From the NCBI GenBank assembly GCA_965113315.1, contig OZ220364.1: DNA of 64,000 nt, one strand, 5' to 3'. The translations under genes were made by a program, and so were the position numbers. How positions within the stretch are numbered: the stretch's first letter is position 1; every line of letters starts with the position of its first letter. The notes under the pieces are model-generated. The model had not been told where the DNA came from, searched no databases, and was given only the letters and a program-made list of their open reading frames with translations. This DNA comes from Podarcis vaucheri (taxonomy: Eukaryota). Positions 1 through 14,300 of this stretch are shown piece after piece.

Positions 1-1190
1 GCAGGGTTTTCTTAAAAATACTAGCCCCCCCATACACAGGGCTCTCTATACAGATTTGTGGAGGTTGAATCTCACTTTCAGCTAGCTCTCTCAGTGGCAG
101 TTGTCAGAGGTCACTAAGTACTTGTGGAATCTCCATAACTCCAATGACTCGCCATGATCTGAGACTGCTGGGTTGTTTAGTGATTCTAGTTGGTTAGCTG
201 CAGTCCTCAGATGATCTCTGTCTTCTCTAGAATGCCCAGTCCCCCAGAAAGGGCTGTCTTTCCCTTCCTGGTTGCTTGGGGATTCCAGATGGATCCCTGT
301 GCTTGCCCCTCTCTTTGCTAGATTGTGGGAAACCAATGTAAGGGAGAAATCTCTGAAGAGGAGCCATTTTTTCTTGCCGTTCTGCAGAATGTCTCTTTTC
401 CCTACGACTTTTGATGGTATTCTGCATACTTTTTGACCTTTGCCAATGAAGCCGGTCTCTAGTTACTGGGCAGTGTAGAGGCTGAGGTTGCACTAACTGA
501 GCCAGCTAAACCTACTTGTGGCTTGTGAGAAATTCTGTCTACTCCCTTCGTTTGAAGCATTTCTGCCTTTTTCCTGTTTTGTGTTGTCTGACGTGACCCC
601 TTGAAGATGCATCTGCAGACCTTCAATTATGATTTCCATCTCTCTGTGTGTTCAGAAGCCTAACAATAATAGCATATATGAATTGTTCCATGGATGATAA
701 TTTTAGCAAGAAAAACCTCCTGTTGTGGGACTGTGGGCAATGCTTGGGATGGGATGAATCTGCTCTCAGTTGCCATTATCATCTTGTTTAAGTGAAAAGG
801 TTTTCTGTGAGGGGGAGAGAGAGAGAGAAGGGCCACAGCCCGGTGGCAAAGTTCTGCTTACAAAAAGTCCCAGGCTCAATTCTAATATTTCCACACAAGG
901 GCTGAGATTGATTCTTGTCTGAACCCCTAGAGAGATGCTGCCAGTTGTGTAGACCAGGGGTGCAGTGTTTAAAATAAGCCAGGCACCAGGCGCGTTTTGC
1001 TACTGACACAGGTCCACTTGCAGCGGTGTGGAGATTTCTGGGCATCAGGTTGGCAATCACAGTTGAAAAATCTCTGCCTTACTCCATAGTTAGTACCATT
1101 TCCCTTTCCACTGTGTATGTTTCTTCTTGCATACTGGGACAAGTGAATTGTTGTAAGAGCAAGCTACAGTCAAGCAATGTAGTTGAGATA

Positions 1191-1256
1191 ATAGAATCAT
1201 AGAACTGTGGCATTGGAAGGGATTCTGGGGGTCATTTAGTCTAATCCCCTGGCAAA
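1191..1256 (-). mobile_element. CR1 LINE-type 3' end fragment
   Basis: atagaatcatagaactgtggcattggaagggat...gtcatttagtctaatcccct, the reverse complement of a CR1 terminus. Confidence 0.6.
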
Positions 1257-1848
1257 TAGACATTCTGTTGTGGCGACCACAACCTAGATTCAAGATGTCA
1301 TTTGGTGCCTAGTTTTATATACCTGGGTTTTTAACAGTGCGCATGTGGCCCTCCAGATGTTGCTGGGCTCCAACTCCCATAATTCCTGACCACTGGCCAT
1401 TGTGGCTGCATCATGGGAGTTGGGTGTCCACCAGTATTAGCCTGTCCTTCCTGGTGTGGACAGTAGGGAGCCATATAAACCAATAGTTTGACTTCGTATA
1501 AGTCAGCTTTGTATGAGCAAAACACTGCTTTGGGGGTGCAATGGAGATTGTAAAAGCAAAAGATACAAGTTCAGTCCAAATCCTTTATCCTGGAGCAAGA
1601 GCTAAGCATGACTATAACACATAAGAGGTGATTTTTGAGCTCGTGGCATGATGGTAATAGTTGTTTCCTCGTTGTTGTTGTTGTTGTTGTTGTCCTTGCA
1701 CCAGGTTGAGCGTACATGGGAGCTTTTGTTTAGCTGTTGTGACCAGTAACCTTTGCTAGATCTGTTCTTCACAGCCTGGGCATTGCTTTGTTGTTTCTAC
1801 AGCTGTGCAATGGCATGCTCTAACCAAGCTCTTTCTCTTTCCCTACAG

Positions 1849-1930
1849 CCATACAGTGCTTGGATGGTGACAAGCCCTGCGAGAATGGTGGGAGCTGTGT
1901 TGTTTACTCCAACGGGATAGCTGCCTGCAT
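1849..1930 (+). CDS. NOTCH3: exon 2 (EGF1)
   Basis: ccctacag|CC...GCAT|gtaagt; [26 protein letters not shown]; 82 nt; not in ORF track. Confidence 0.9.
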
Positions 1931-4900
1931 GTAAGTGACACCCTTGCACAACTTTGCCCATGGGTTCAACAACAGCCAGTGCGTCAAACCATCTTGGGGG
2001 TTTGTAGGGTTGGGCTACTGCCTTCAAAGGGCAGACTAGTAGTGTAATTTGGGAGCTGTAAAGTTGTCATTGTGAAAAATGGCTGCTTGGCTTGAAGTGG
2101 GAGAGCAGCGAGCTCTGTTGACAGGATGCAGTATAGTTTAGGAAATATGGGGCCTGGAAATGCTTCAAAAGTCATGACATGACGTGCATCGTTCTCAGTG
2201 GCTTTGCATTAGGTCTGTAGGAACTAATGACTGGTGCAGATTGGCTTCCACTGCATACTTTGACTATTCTTCAGCTGGGATTCTGTTTGCCATGGGACAC
2301 TGGAATAATTTGGTCTCAATATCCATTTAGAGACATACACTTGTTGGAGTGGATAGCATATTGGACTTAATTTAAGGAAACTTGAGTTTGATTTCCTGCT
2401 AACCAGGGAAGCACTAAAGACAGGAGATCTTGGGCCAATTCTTATTTATCTACCTAAACTACCTCATAGGGGTGGTGTTTTGTTTTGTTAAGATAAAATA
2501 TGATAACCCTCCCCCACCCGCCCCCAATGTAAGGCACCCTAAGTTCCTGGGAAGAAGAGTGGAATAAAAATGTGGTAAACAAACATCTTACAAGGAGGAA
2601 AAAAGAGGGAAGAAGAACCGGTTTTCTGGTTACCGCAACAATTATATTAATATGAATCTACAAAGGAGCTAAGGGCCCAAACAGATGATATGAAGAAGAT
2701 CTGGATCTGAATTGAGCAGCTGCAATGGGTGTGTGTATTTAGGGCAGTGTTAGGAAACCTCTGACCTGCCAAATGTTGTCATTGGACTCCAGGTCCCATC
2801 AGTCCCCAGCAGTGTGGCTGGTGGCCAGGGGTGATGGGAGTTGTGGTCAAACAACTTCTGCAGGACCACAGGTTCCCTGCCCTGGTCTAGGATTTAACAC
2901 TTCCCCTCCATTTCTGAATCTCAATTCCTGTCCATGTAGTTGCTATTAATCCCACAGCAGAAAACATACACATGATGGTGGGATGGCTCAAGGTGTTAAA
3001 GGAAGACCCCTTTGATCAAATTTGGAACACCTCACACAACTGTTTTAGGTTGAAATCAGAATTTATGAAGCCTTGATCACAAATCTTCCACTGTCTCATT
3101 TCTTTTGACCCTAAATTATGATAATTTATTATGGAAAAGGAGGACAAGATCCCAGATAAAGGGAGGATAGATTACATTATGGGCCCTAGCAATTTTGAAT
3201 ATAATCACATGGGCTCTTATAAAGGAAGAAAGGCATAAAGTGAACAAATTTGAACAGGAATGGGAACTCTTTAAGAAGTTTTGGAATGCTAAACAAAGTA
3301 TGGTATGCGGTAATCCTTTCTATTGGAATTTAAGACAATACTTCAGATATGCAAATCTCAAGCATTTTTTTATTAACAAAATTAAAGTTGTAATGTCTTT
3401 ATGTTTTAATGCGTAATCTAATAAACTAAAACTTTTGTGAATTGCTAAAATGTTTTGCAGGTGTTTGGGTTGTGTTTTTTTTTTTTGATGTTTTGATATG
3501 ATCTTACAACATAATCCTATGCATGCCTACTTGGAAGTAAGCTTTATTATATATGCTCAGAGAAATATTTTATCAGATTAAAAGATTTCTACATTATAAA
3601 TACAGTGGTACCTCGGGTTACAGATGCTTCAGGTTACGTTATTTCGGGTTGCGCACTGTGCCGAACCCAGAAATACCAGAACAGGTTACTTCTGGGCTAT
3701 GGCGTTCGCGCATGAGCAGAAGCGCTAAATCACACTTTGCGCATGTGCAGAAGACCAAATCGCAACCCACACATGCGCAGATGCCGCGCTGCTGGTTGCG
3801 AACAGTGCTGGTTGCGAACGTGCCTCCCGCACGGATCATGTTCGCAACCCGAGGTTCCACTGCACATCTTAATAGTGTTTTAAGTGTTTATAGTGCTTAA
3901 AATTTTAATATACCGTATTTTTCGCTCTATAACACGCACCAGACCATAACACGCACGTAGTTTTTAGAGGAGGAAAACAAGAAAAAAAATATTCTAAACA
4001 AAATAGTGGATATATGATTTTTGTGGTTCATGCTGTGGCCACAGACATGTGATCTGACAGTGAGTTTGGAGTAGCCGAATGCAAAAATCCTGAGGATCCA
4101 TGTGGATCCATGCTTTGTAACCACGGAGGAGGGAAGGAAGGGGAACCATGGATCCTCTGCTCACAACTGCAGCAGATCCCCCCCCCCACCCGCAGCATTC
4201 GCTCCATAACACGCACAGACATTTCCCCTTACTTTTTAGGAGGAAAAAAGTGAGTGTTATGGTGCAAAAAATACGGTATGTGATAATTCTTTGTGTTTGT
4301 TTTATGTCCTGAGAATTAATTGCCTTAATGGAATTTAGAATTTTGAAGTGTCATAACGTCTCTATATTTCTGTTTCATGAATTTATTAGGCTAAGTATGT
4401 ATTTCTAATCTTCATAGTATGTTACAATTATGACAAAGCTTGGTTTATTTTTTAAAAAAGATCATTTATCAGACAAAGAATGTCTCTTGTTGGAACGTTG
4501 TAATGGGGATCTGTCAGTACAGATGCCTGTTGTTTTTATAGGTTTGAAAGCTGCTGCTAGACTGTCCTCCTCTTCTTTTGATCTTGAGCTTGTGTTTTAA
4601 CAGGCGCCCTGCTAAAGGGTGGGAGAGTACCCTTGCTTCTAAGGGCATCGCTGATGCTGCCGGTAGTGTCCAGGGCTGACTTTATATTGCCGTGTGATGC
4701 AGTTGCTTTTCTGTAACAGGGGTTCCATACTGTGGTGTTAAAGCTCGAAAGGGGGAGACCAAGGATGTGTGGATGACATAGTTATTGGGATTTCAGCGTA
4801 GTTCTTTGTTGTGTTAGCCAAGCCACGTGGTCCCTGTGGTCATATGCCCTTGTGCTTTCCTGGCAATGGATGGTCCAGATGTACGGACCTTGATTTAGCC

Positions 4901-7900
4901 GGGCCAGGGATGCTTACTCGCCCTCCTTCCTTTAGTTGCTTCTCGTAGTGGCAGGTGTTTGAGCAAATTCTGTGAGCTCCTAGCTTAGTATGGTGTTGCC
5001 TGTGTTGGAATCCAGGACAGGTGGATCTGCCTGAAGCTGGCACGCCCAGAACAGGTGAATCACTGGGAGGCTCGAAGCCCGGCCTGGATCCCTGGATGGG
5101 ATGATAGGACAAGAAAATACTACCAGTCACCTGTAAGTCCTGTTCAGAACGCAGCTGTCCCACCAAGGAGATTGGGCACTTAACCAAGGCTTTTTTGGGG
5201 GGTGGGGGGTTTGGAATTGTGGGGAAATCTAAGGAAAGCTGGATATGTTCCTCTGGGGGCTCAGGAGAGAGGAAGAAAAAGGAAGGTTGCTCTTGGCATC
5301 ATGGTCTGAAACCTGTCGGACAGGTTGGGTGGGGAGGCCTGGGAGTGCCCAGTGCTGAAGGGAAAACACTCCTCCTCCTCCTCCCCTCCTCCTCTCCCCC
5401 CTCCCCCACTAAACACCTGCAGAGAGGCCTCTTAAAGGGGCGGTCACCATTTGGTTCCTTCAGGCCTGGCAATGCCAAATTGGAGGAGGTGGACAATGGG
5501 TGGTTCTCAGGATAGTTTTGCTTCTCTCTTGAATCCACCCCCCTCCTCAAATCTTGAAGAAGGTGGGGCTTGGCTGAGGGCTGTCATAGACACTTCACAT
5601 GAATGTGAAAACAGGCTTTCTTAGGAGATTTCTTAGGCAGGTGCAGCTACTAAGAAGAGCAGTGGAAGGAAACGGAATGTTTCTGGAGCTGGGAATGGGG
5701 AAGCCCAAGGCAGCAGGAGTGGTCTAGAATGGAAGTGGAATCAGAATGGGTCCTGGTGAAAGAAATCGGGTGGCTGGGGCACTGAAAATGTGCGCAGCAA
5801 TGAAATCTGTATCACTGTTTTTAATGCTGAGGTTAATAGTCACCACAGATTCCTGGTTTTCATTTTTAAGAGAAATTAACACTAAAATGTAAGGGCAATT
5901 GGAGGAGGTTCTGTACTCGGTACAGCTTCTGTTTGCCTTTACTGCTTGTTCATGTGTCCCTTTTCCCTCATATCTGTTCTTTTTTTGCAGAGAATTTGAA
6001 CATTGATGGGGGTCAATGTTCCTTTTCCTTTTTGGGGGGAGGTGGGGAGGGAATTAGCAGACAGTACAAGCATAGTATTACAAAAATCAGAGGATCTAGA
6101 CCAGGGCCTTGTTGGTCTGTTTGATAATCTGGTCCTGGACAAAGCGACCACTAGTTCTGTTGTTGGGGAAAAGTAAACCAAGTGCAGGGCCTAGTCGTCT
6201 TTGTCTTCTTCTTCTTCTTCTTCTTCTTCTTCTTCTTCTTCTTCTTCGATCACTTGTAGGCGAGTAGAATTGTCTTCCATAAACACAGATTTAACAATGA
6301 GTCCGTAAGTGACTGTGGAGCCCAATTCTGGATCCACACATCCTTCCACAGTGGGGACATTGGTTTCCTAGTGCATTGCCTTTCTGTGCACCACCAGAAT
6401 GAACTTATGCTGCCCCTTTTAATGTTAAAATAAGATCTCCTCACCCCTTGCTTTATACATGAATAAGAAGACACATTAAAGTAAACACGTGTCAGACACT
6501 GCAGTGTCTAGTTCAACCTTTAGCATGACATTAGAATCCCAGACCAGTTACACATATGGCAGAACTCTTTTATGTCAGAAATCTTGCATCTTTTGGGCAG
6601 TTCTTTGCTCTTTGATCCTGCAGTATATACCATAAATTCTCTATACTATACCATACAGTGCAGTGTATAGCTTGCCATAAGGTGACAGATTACAGAGCAA
6701 ATGGAAGCATATAGGCAAATTGCCCCATGGTATATGACAGGGGTCAGCAACCTTTTTCAGCCATGAGCCGGTCCACCGTCCCTCAGACCATGTGGTGGGC
6801 TGGACTATATATTTTTTTTGGGGGGGGAATGAACGAATTCCTATGCCCCACAAATAACCCAGAGATGCATTGCAAATAAAAGCACATGTTCTACTCATGT
6901 AAAACACCAGGCAGGCCCCAGAGATGCATTTTAAATAAAAGAACACATTCTACTCATGTAAAAACACACTGATTCCCAGACCGTCTGTGGGCTGGATTGA
7001 GAAGGCAATTGGGCCGCATCTGGCCCACGGGCCTTCGGTTGCCTACCCTTGGTATATGAATTTGGAGTCCAAAGAAGGGTTATGACAGCTGGCAGTACAG
7101 AGCAACTCCCATGAATGATCTCATTTGCAAGTACTGTAATGTTAATCCAAACCATGGCTTGGCTTGGCAGGAGCAAGCAAATGGGCAGGTCCCCAGAGCA
7201 AAGATTGCAACTACAGTACTCTTCCTTGGATCTGCTGTGTTACTTGGGGTCAAGCCATTGGGTCAAAACCTGGTTTTGTGGTTTGTTTCTCTCCATAAAA
7301 AGCACAAGCTGAACCCAGTATTCTTGTTTGACCACATGGGGATTACCTAGGGAGGTAGACCACAAGCTCAGTTTCGGATGTAATGCTGAGCTAAACCATG
7401 GCTTACCTCTGGGTAGTGCAGGAGCAGCAGGACTAGGGGAGTAGTGCTGTGGCCACAGTCTTTGCTCATTCACTCTAACCCATGGTTTGGCTTTAGCACT
7501 GCGTGCAAATTGAGCCAGTTATTTAGAAGCACTGACAGAGGATGAATGGAGTCCCTTGCTCATCTTCTTGCTTGTGCCTCCTGTGTAACATGCAGGGAGG
7601 AAAATGGCTCCTCTCCACCATGGTGAGAAGTGTGAGCTCTACATGCATGTGGACCTCACATGTCTTAATGCATACAAGGGAGATATGCATCTTCCCAAAC
7701 ATGAATGGACACTAAAAAGAGGGTGCTCAAGTTGCTTCCTTTGCTATGTTCTACAAGAGAAGGTCACATTATTTTAATGATTTATAGGCTAACCTTCAAC
7801 AGCAGTATTCTCAGGGCAGCTTACAGATAAATAAAATGGAGTTGCCCCTAGTTTATTTGCTTGCTCCCAATTACTTGAGTAGAACGTTTTTGAAAGCACC

Positions 7901-8317
7901 ATGGTACTAATGATTGGTACTGGGTTTTTTAGTCCCCCAAAACAGGAATTTTGAGTTTGTGACTCCCCAACTCCACATCCATGCTGATGGAGTCCCAGCA
8001 CTGCCTCACAGTTGATGGGATAAAGGCTATAGTGCCAGAACAGCAGTAGTAATCAATCTCACTGTTCTTGATTCCAGTGCTATGAGTTTCTACAGCTGGC
8101 CTTAGAATGGGGAGCAGGAGAAAGGGACACAGCAGTGCCCACCCAGCACCCTGCAGCTATTTGATCTGTTTCTCCATTGGGGCTCGGACAGTTCCAACCC
8201 CCTCCAGTAAGGAGTTGGCACTACTTGCTACTGGTTTTCTTTTTCCTCTTTGTAATCCATTTTAGTTTTGTGGGGGCAAATTGCCATTGTAACCCTTGCC
8301 AGTAGGGATTATGATTT

Positions 8318-8363
<46 letters not shown>

Positions 8364-11300
8364 ATGTATGTTTGGTTCTTGTTGATGGCTTTGTGAGGGT
8401 CAGAGCTGATTGTCAGCTCCTGGTCTCCCTCTACTTGCAAGATATAAGCATTTTCTCTAGTCCGTGCTTTGAAGCTTTCTGTGGCAGTACTTGCAAAGGA
8501 ACTAGAAACTGTTGCTGACCTTGTGCAAGTTGTTGGTTTTCTTCCAGTGAGTGGGGTGGGAACAGTGGTGGGGTTTATATTATTTTTTTGCCTGGATGGA
8601 TGTGTGAAGGGTTCTGCCTGCAGTGCCCCCAAGCAGCCCTCGGTCTTTCAATTTTGGCACAGGGCTGCAGGCCTGCTACTGCCGCCTGCGCAGCCCTGGG
8701 GTAAGGGCTGAGTCAGAGAGTGTTGAGCGACATGTGCAGACACAGTTGGTGAATCACAGCCCCAGGGAGAGCTATAAAAAACCAGCTCAACTCCCCGGAT
8801 GTGAGCAGGTAGGGACATGGTGCCAAGGCTTGGTTCCCTGTGCTGAAAGAAGAGGCTTTCTTCTTTGGGGCACCTAGCCACCCTCAACTGGTAAGTGAGA
8901 TTGCCCTTGTACTGGCCTGGGGCAAGAGGGAGTGCTCAGTAAATAAACAAGGCCCTGCTTGTTGGCGCAGAGCATAGTTTTGCTGGAGACCTGTTTGTTT
9001 CCCTCTGTGCCTTAGGAGGGTGCAAAGACTCTCAAACTGCCCAACTTTTTCACATTCAAATCCAGGACACGTGTCTTCCGGGACATGCTCCTGGGCGAGT
9101 CATGTGACCTGCACCTCGCCCTGAAGAAAGCGCTTTTTGGGGGGCGAGAGCGCAGTGCAAGAGCAAGTCAAAATGGCCGCTGAAACCTCGCACCGACAAG
9201 CGGAATGTCCTATTTGGGGTGGGGGGGTACTTGGCAAGTGTGGACTCTGTGCATCAGCAACTATAGCCCATTGTCACAAAGGGCGAAACTAAACAATAAA
9301 TTAAATGCATATGTGCCTTTTGAAAAAACAACGTGGGAATTGGTGGGAATATTTTGTGTGTTCTTGATCACTTTTGCTGTGGTCTCAGTGAAAATTGCCT
9401 TCCTATTAAACCTGCTATTTATCCTGGACCACAGGCTGTAATTGGTGCCAGTGGCACCTTCCTTCCTAAGGGAAATAGCAACTTCAAGAAGCAATTTTCA
9501 CTGGGACTAAAGTTCAAGGGGAAAGGGTTAAATCTCCTGCTGCTGTTTTATTTTTAAAGTTAAGTAAACACAAAGCACACTCATATTTTAATGTATTGCC
9601 TACTTTGGCCCAAATACACACTTGGCCAAATAGATTCATGTTTGCTTATTCTGAGATTTATATAACTGACTCACACCTGGTTTGTCTGCCTTGACTTCGG
9701 GTCACTCATCTCTTTTACTATGAGTGTGGTTTTCCTCTTTCGTGGCAACAGAATTATGGCCACAGCTTTTGCCACAAGGTAAGGCCATTCGTCTTTCAGC
9801 ACACCTAGGGATGTCTTGCAGTAATGTGCCTATAGAGCAAATATTTATTTATTTCTAAAATTTATACCCCTCCCTTCAGTGGCCAGTTGGCATTCCTGCC
9901 TTACAAAACAACTTTGCAAAGCAAATAGCTATGGATGGCTTGAACAAATGAACCAAACCACATTTCAAGAGGAAGTCATATCTTCCTCCCTTCCAATCTG
10001 GCTTGTGGATGTGCTTCCCTGGCTTTAAATACAGTGATCAGTTGGGGCAGAGGTTTCCACCCTTTTTAAATCCATGGCTCACTTGACCAACTACATTCTT
10101 TCTGCAGCACCCCTGTGGGGCTCAGGAGCCCAGTTATGTCACCCCTTGCCTGAAGATCTGGCAGCCTTTTACCCTTTTTCGAACACCCTCCCTTGTGGAG
10201 TGTTCCCTCAGCCTCCTCTCCTCTCTCCAGGGCAGTTGCAGCTGCCGCCCCGGTCTCTGAGTTACCCCCCCCCCAAGAGAGATGCCTCCTCAAACTGCCC
10301 CACAGGGGCTTGGGAACCAACCTCTGGCCAGCCCCAGAGGCACCATACAAGCCTGGGGACCTTGTAGCAAGGACTTTTGCAACAAACAGCTGTGCAAGCC
10401 TTTGGGAGGCAGAGACACAAGAGGGCATCAGGAGGGAGGGAAGGAAAGAGGGACAGAGGCCAGTGTTGCCTGCAGTACCCCTGGCTATTGTTCAAGGCAC
10501 CCCAGGGTGCCATGGCACACTTGTTGAAAACCACTGAGTTGGGGGATTATTCTCAGAACACTCAGTCTTCCCAAGGGCAATTTTTCCTCTCTCCAAAGGC
10601 TGCAAAGATCTATGCCAACTATCTTTGGTCTTACATCTTCCACAGTAGTAAACAGCATAACCTACAATCTAGAAACACCGTACCTTCTTTTGAAGACTAC
10701 ATTCTTAGGAGCTGGAAGCGGGAAGTATACAGGCCCTGCTATAACTCAGTGAACAAGCCAATAAATTGGTTCTTCTGCCTCCTAACCCATCAGCATATAG
10801 GTGCACCTATGTTCAGTCAGCCTGTAGGTTGTTTGAAAGAGAAGGTCACACTTCAGTTTATTTGGGCTGGAGGCTAATAGGACACTTAGGATGGCCTGCT
10901 TTGGGGGGGCCAGGATCAACTCTGGTTGACTTTCTGAGCTCAATTGAATATTGAAGGGAGGGTGGGAAGCTTACTTGGGACTTGGTCATCTCATGACATT
11001 GGTATCCGACTGGGTAAGTAAATACTGTTAAAGCTTAGTGATGCTGAGTGGAGCAGCTGAACTTGCTTGGAAAACAGGCCCACAGTGGGGATGGTTTGCT
11101 GAAAAGACACATGTAGTATTTTGTTTACAACGCTTCCTTGGATGGGTATTTGAACCCTCACTGCATGGATTTCAACCAGAGTGGTATTCAATTTTGCTTA
11201 GAGAGACAAGCTTTAGATTTATGATGGAAAGTTAAACTTCGGTGAGCAAGTAATTTGATTGCTAAACAACAGATAACTTGCATGTTTTTGCTGTTATTAA

Positions 11301-14300
11301 ATCTAAACTACTGCTGCTAGCTAACTGATTTTACACAACAAATGCATACAAATCGGACAATACCACCCCAGTTTCCCCCAATTTCTTTACAGTTTACACA
11401 CAGTTGTTTTACAGCCTTAAAAGTTGCTGGCAGCCTTCCTCTCAGACGCCAGTCCTTTCGTGGACAGTGTCCACTTTCCTCTTTGGACCTGCTGGGCCTT
11501 CCCCCTCTCATCTCCCTGCCCTGCTTGTTCAGGAGGCTGTGATTTCCCTCCACTGAAGCAGAACCCGCCTCCTCCATTTTCAGGCTGGATCTTCCCAATT
11601 TTCAGACTGAGCCCCTTGCAGGTTTCAGACAGATCTTTCCGCAGCTTGCAGTTTTCAATTATCCCATTTTCCCTCCGAGTTCCTGAGTTCCCATGGCAAC
11701 TGGAACTACTCAGCAGCCAGCCTTTCACCCTGGGTTAACTTTTAGTTGGCTACCACTCACACAAAATTCACCACTACATATGCTCTAGATTTGTTCTGCA
11801 GAGAAACAGCTTTGGTCAATTGACATATCCCACAGTATGGCTGTTTCCGTTTTCTTATTCTTTTTTGCCCAGTGGCGGTGGGGGGAGGCATGTAGTTTGC
11901 TCAGACATTCCTTTTCCTTGTCCAATTCCTCTTTGGGCTGTAAGGCCCTGACTGTTGTCTCAGCCAGTGTCCAGGACTTGCTGTTCAGGCTGGGCAGAAA
12001 AGCAAACAGCTTTCTGTGTTGTCATGGCAGTGGCAGGCCGGAGGGCTCAGGGAGGCTGCATTTACAGGGAAGGCTTGTGGAGCTTGGATTGGGAACCCCC
12101 TTTTGAAGACTCCAGGACGGCCAGGAATTAGGAAAGGGAGCTATGTGCTGCTTATGCCACCCCTTTACCTTTACCTATGCCACCCATTGCTATCTTGTCC
12201 CTCTTGGGGTGGGCAGAGAGCCTTTGAATGGATGGACAGAACTGCTTGTGGCAATCTGCTGGATCCTGCAAATGAGAATGTGATGTGAAAGCCCAGGGAA
12301 ATTGAGGGATGAGTTCCCTACCCCGTGGGTATCAATTCATTATAGTTTATATTGTCCTTCCCTCAGTCCTCAGTGGCCACTTGTTCTTGTTTCCTTAGCA
12401 TGTTCACTTTGTGTGGGCCAATGCAAAGTTCTCCCCATCTGTCCATCAGGATATAGGGAGTTGACAGAGATTAGGCTGGAGCAAATGGAAACTGTGCCCC
12501 TATGTGGACGGGGATAACCTAATTTCTCTTGTCTATGCTCTGGTAACCTATAGGTTAGATTACTCCAATGTGTTGTACATTGGGCTGCCTCTGAAGACAG
12601 TTCAGAAACTTCAGCTGGTGCAGAATTCAGCTTATTACACTGATCCTGACCTGATTGCACTGGCTGCCAATTAGGTTTGGGCCCAATTCAAAGTGCTGGT
12701 TTTGACCTATAAAGGCTCATGACCGCCATATCTCAAAGACTGCCTGTGATCACGATTTGAAACTCTTCTAAGTGTGCCTCCTTCATGAGAGGTCCAGAGG
12801 GTGGCAACATGAAACGAATGCTCTCTCCAGGGAGGCTCGCCTGCTGCCTTCGTTACATAGGCGCCAGGCAAAAACTTTTCATTATAACCAGGCCTTTGGC
12901 TGATTAATGTGTTTGTGGAAGAGGGGTGGTATTAGGTTTTGTTTTATTAAGTATTTTGTGTTTTTATTTTGTATTTTTATGTTGTGAATCACCCTGTGAT
13001 CTTTGGATGAAGTGAAGTGTACAAATTTAATACATAAAATAGAATAAATAAACTTCAGGCCACCAGAGGGATGTCCCCAAGCTGTCAGGATTGCCCAGCT
13101 TCCAAGCCCAGGGAACCAGGAATTTTGTTAGGCCTAAGCTAATACAAAAATTCCACTAGAGCTGTCTAACCAGACCTGCAAAAATTAAAGACTATCACCA
13201 CACCTCAATGCATATCCCTGAAGAGTCAGACAGATAACAGCTAAAGGTTCACTCTCTGCCATCTGAGTCTTGGGCAGAAATATTGTGCAGTAACAGTTGA
13301 CCAAGAAGGCTACATCACTGGGCTTAGGTTTCTAGGCATTCCAGAATAAAGAACACTAGAAAATTGAGTGAGGTAGTTTCTGTACAATGCATATAAATAA
13401 TATATAAGAGAGAACCTGTAAAAAGTAGAGATAAAAGAATACTGTAGACATGGGAAAAATGCAAGGCAGCATAAAACAACAAAACTATCTAACCTAGTCT
13501 AGTATAAACCCACTTGACCTCACACCACAGGAACAAACATCACAAACATGTGCTCAGGCACCAGGAAAAGGTGTGAGGCATGGACTAAAGGAATAACCCA
13601 AACATCTAGCAAATAACATAGCAACCAGACCAGAAGTTCCCAGCCAATCAGAGCTTAGCTGGCCAGAACCTTCCAGTGCTTGAATATGTGCGTTCCCACA
13701 GAGGCACAGTTGCTGTTAATTAAGCAGGCTGCCATATTGGCCTTGAGCTATCAGCCTCAGTTAGATAACACAATTTCATCCTCCTTAACGAGAGCTACAT
13801 TTCTCACCAGAAACAAGATTGTCCAGTTACCCAGGGAGGGGGGCAGGTGGCTGCAGAAAGTAAACTTTGATCAATGCCTAAGCAAAATAAAAGCTTTTCT
13901 GGACGCTACCCAGTTTGCTTCTAGGCATTGCTGGACAGGTGTGGATTCTTGGACCTTGTTGATCATTAATTTTACATAGTTTGCCTGGGCTTCCTGAGTT
14001 GGACTAAAATATTTTTGTCTGGTACTAGAAGATGAATCAGGATGTTAAGGAATCTCGTGGGAGTAATATTTGGATAAAGTCAGAAACTACCAGGGACTTT
14101 GCCGAATTTAAAGTCTCATTCTTCTAACTACTTGAGACTCCAGTTTTCTGAGTTAGAATACATTATTTATCCTTTTCACTACTGTAGATAATCAGGCATC
14201 TTTAATATACCATTAAATGTGAGATTATTAAGATTCTGCTGGAGTTGCTTGATTGGGTATTTGCATACAAGTTTTGGACTTCTCCTTCAACCTTTGATCT

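Noticed and set aside
1-1848. NOTCH3 exon 1 or promoter
   Set aside because: No CpG island and no ATG + signal peptide + phase-1 donor; this looks like the end of intron 1. Isolated RBPJ-like motifs at 324 and 524 are too weak to call.
3603-4276. CRISPR-like or RNA-gene reading of the short internal repeats
   Set aside because: The repeats lie inside TIR-bounded MITEs in a vertebrate intron.
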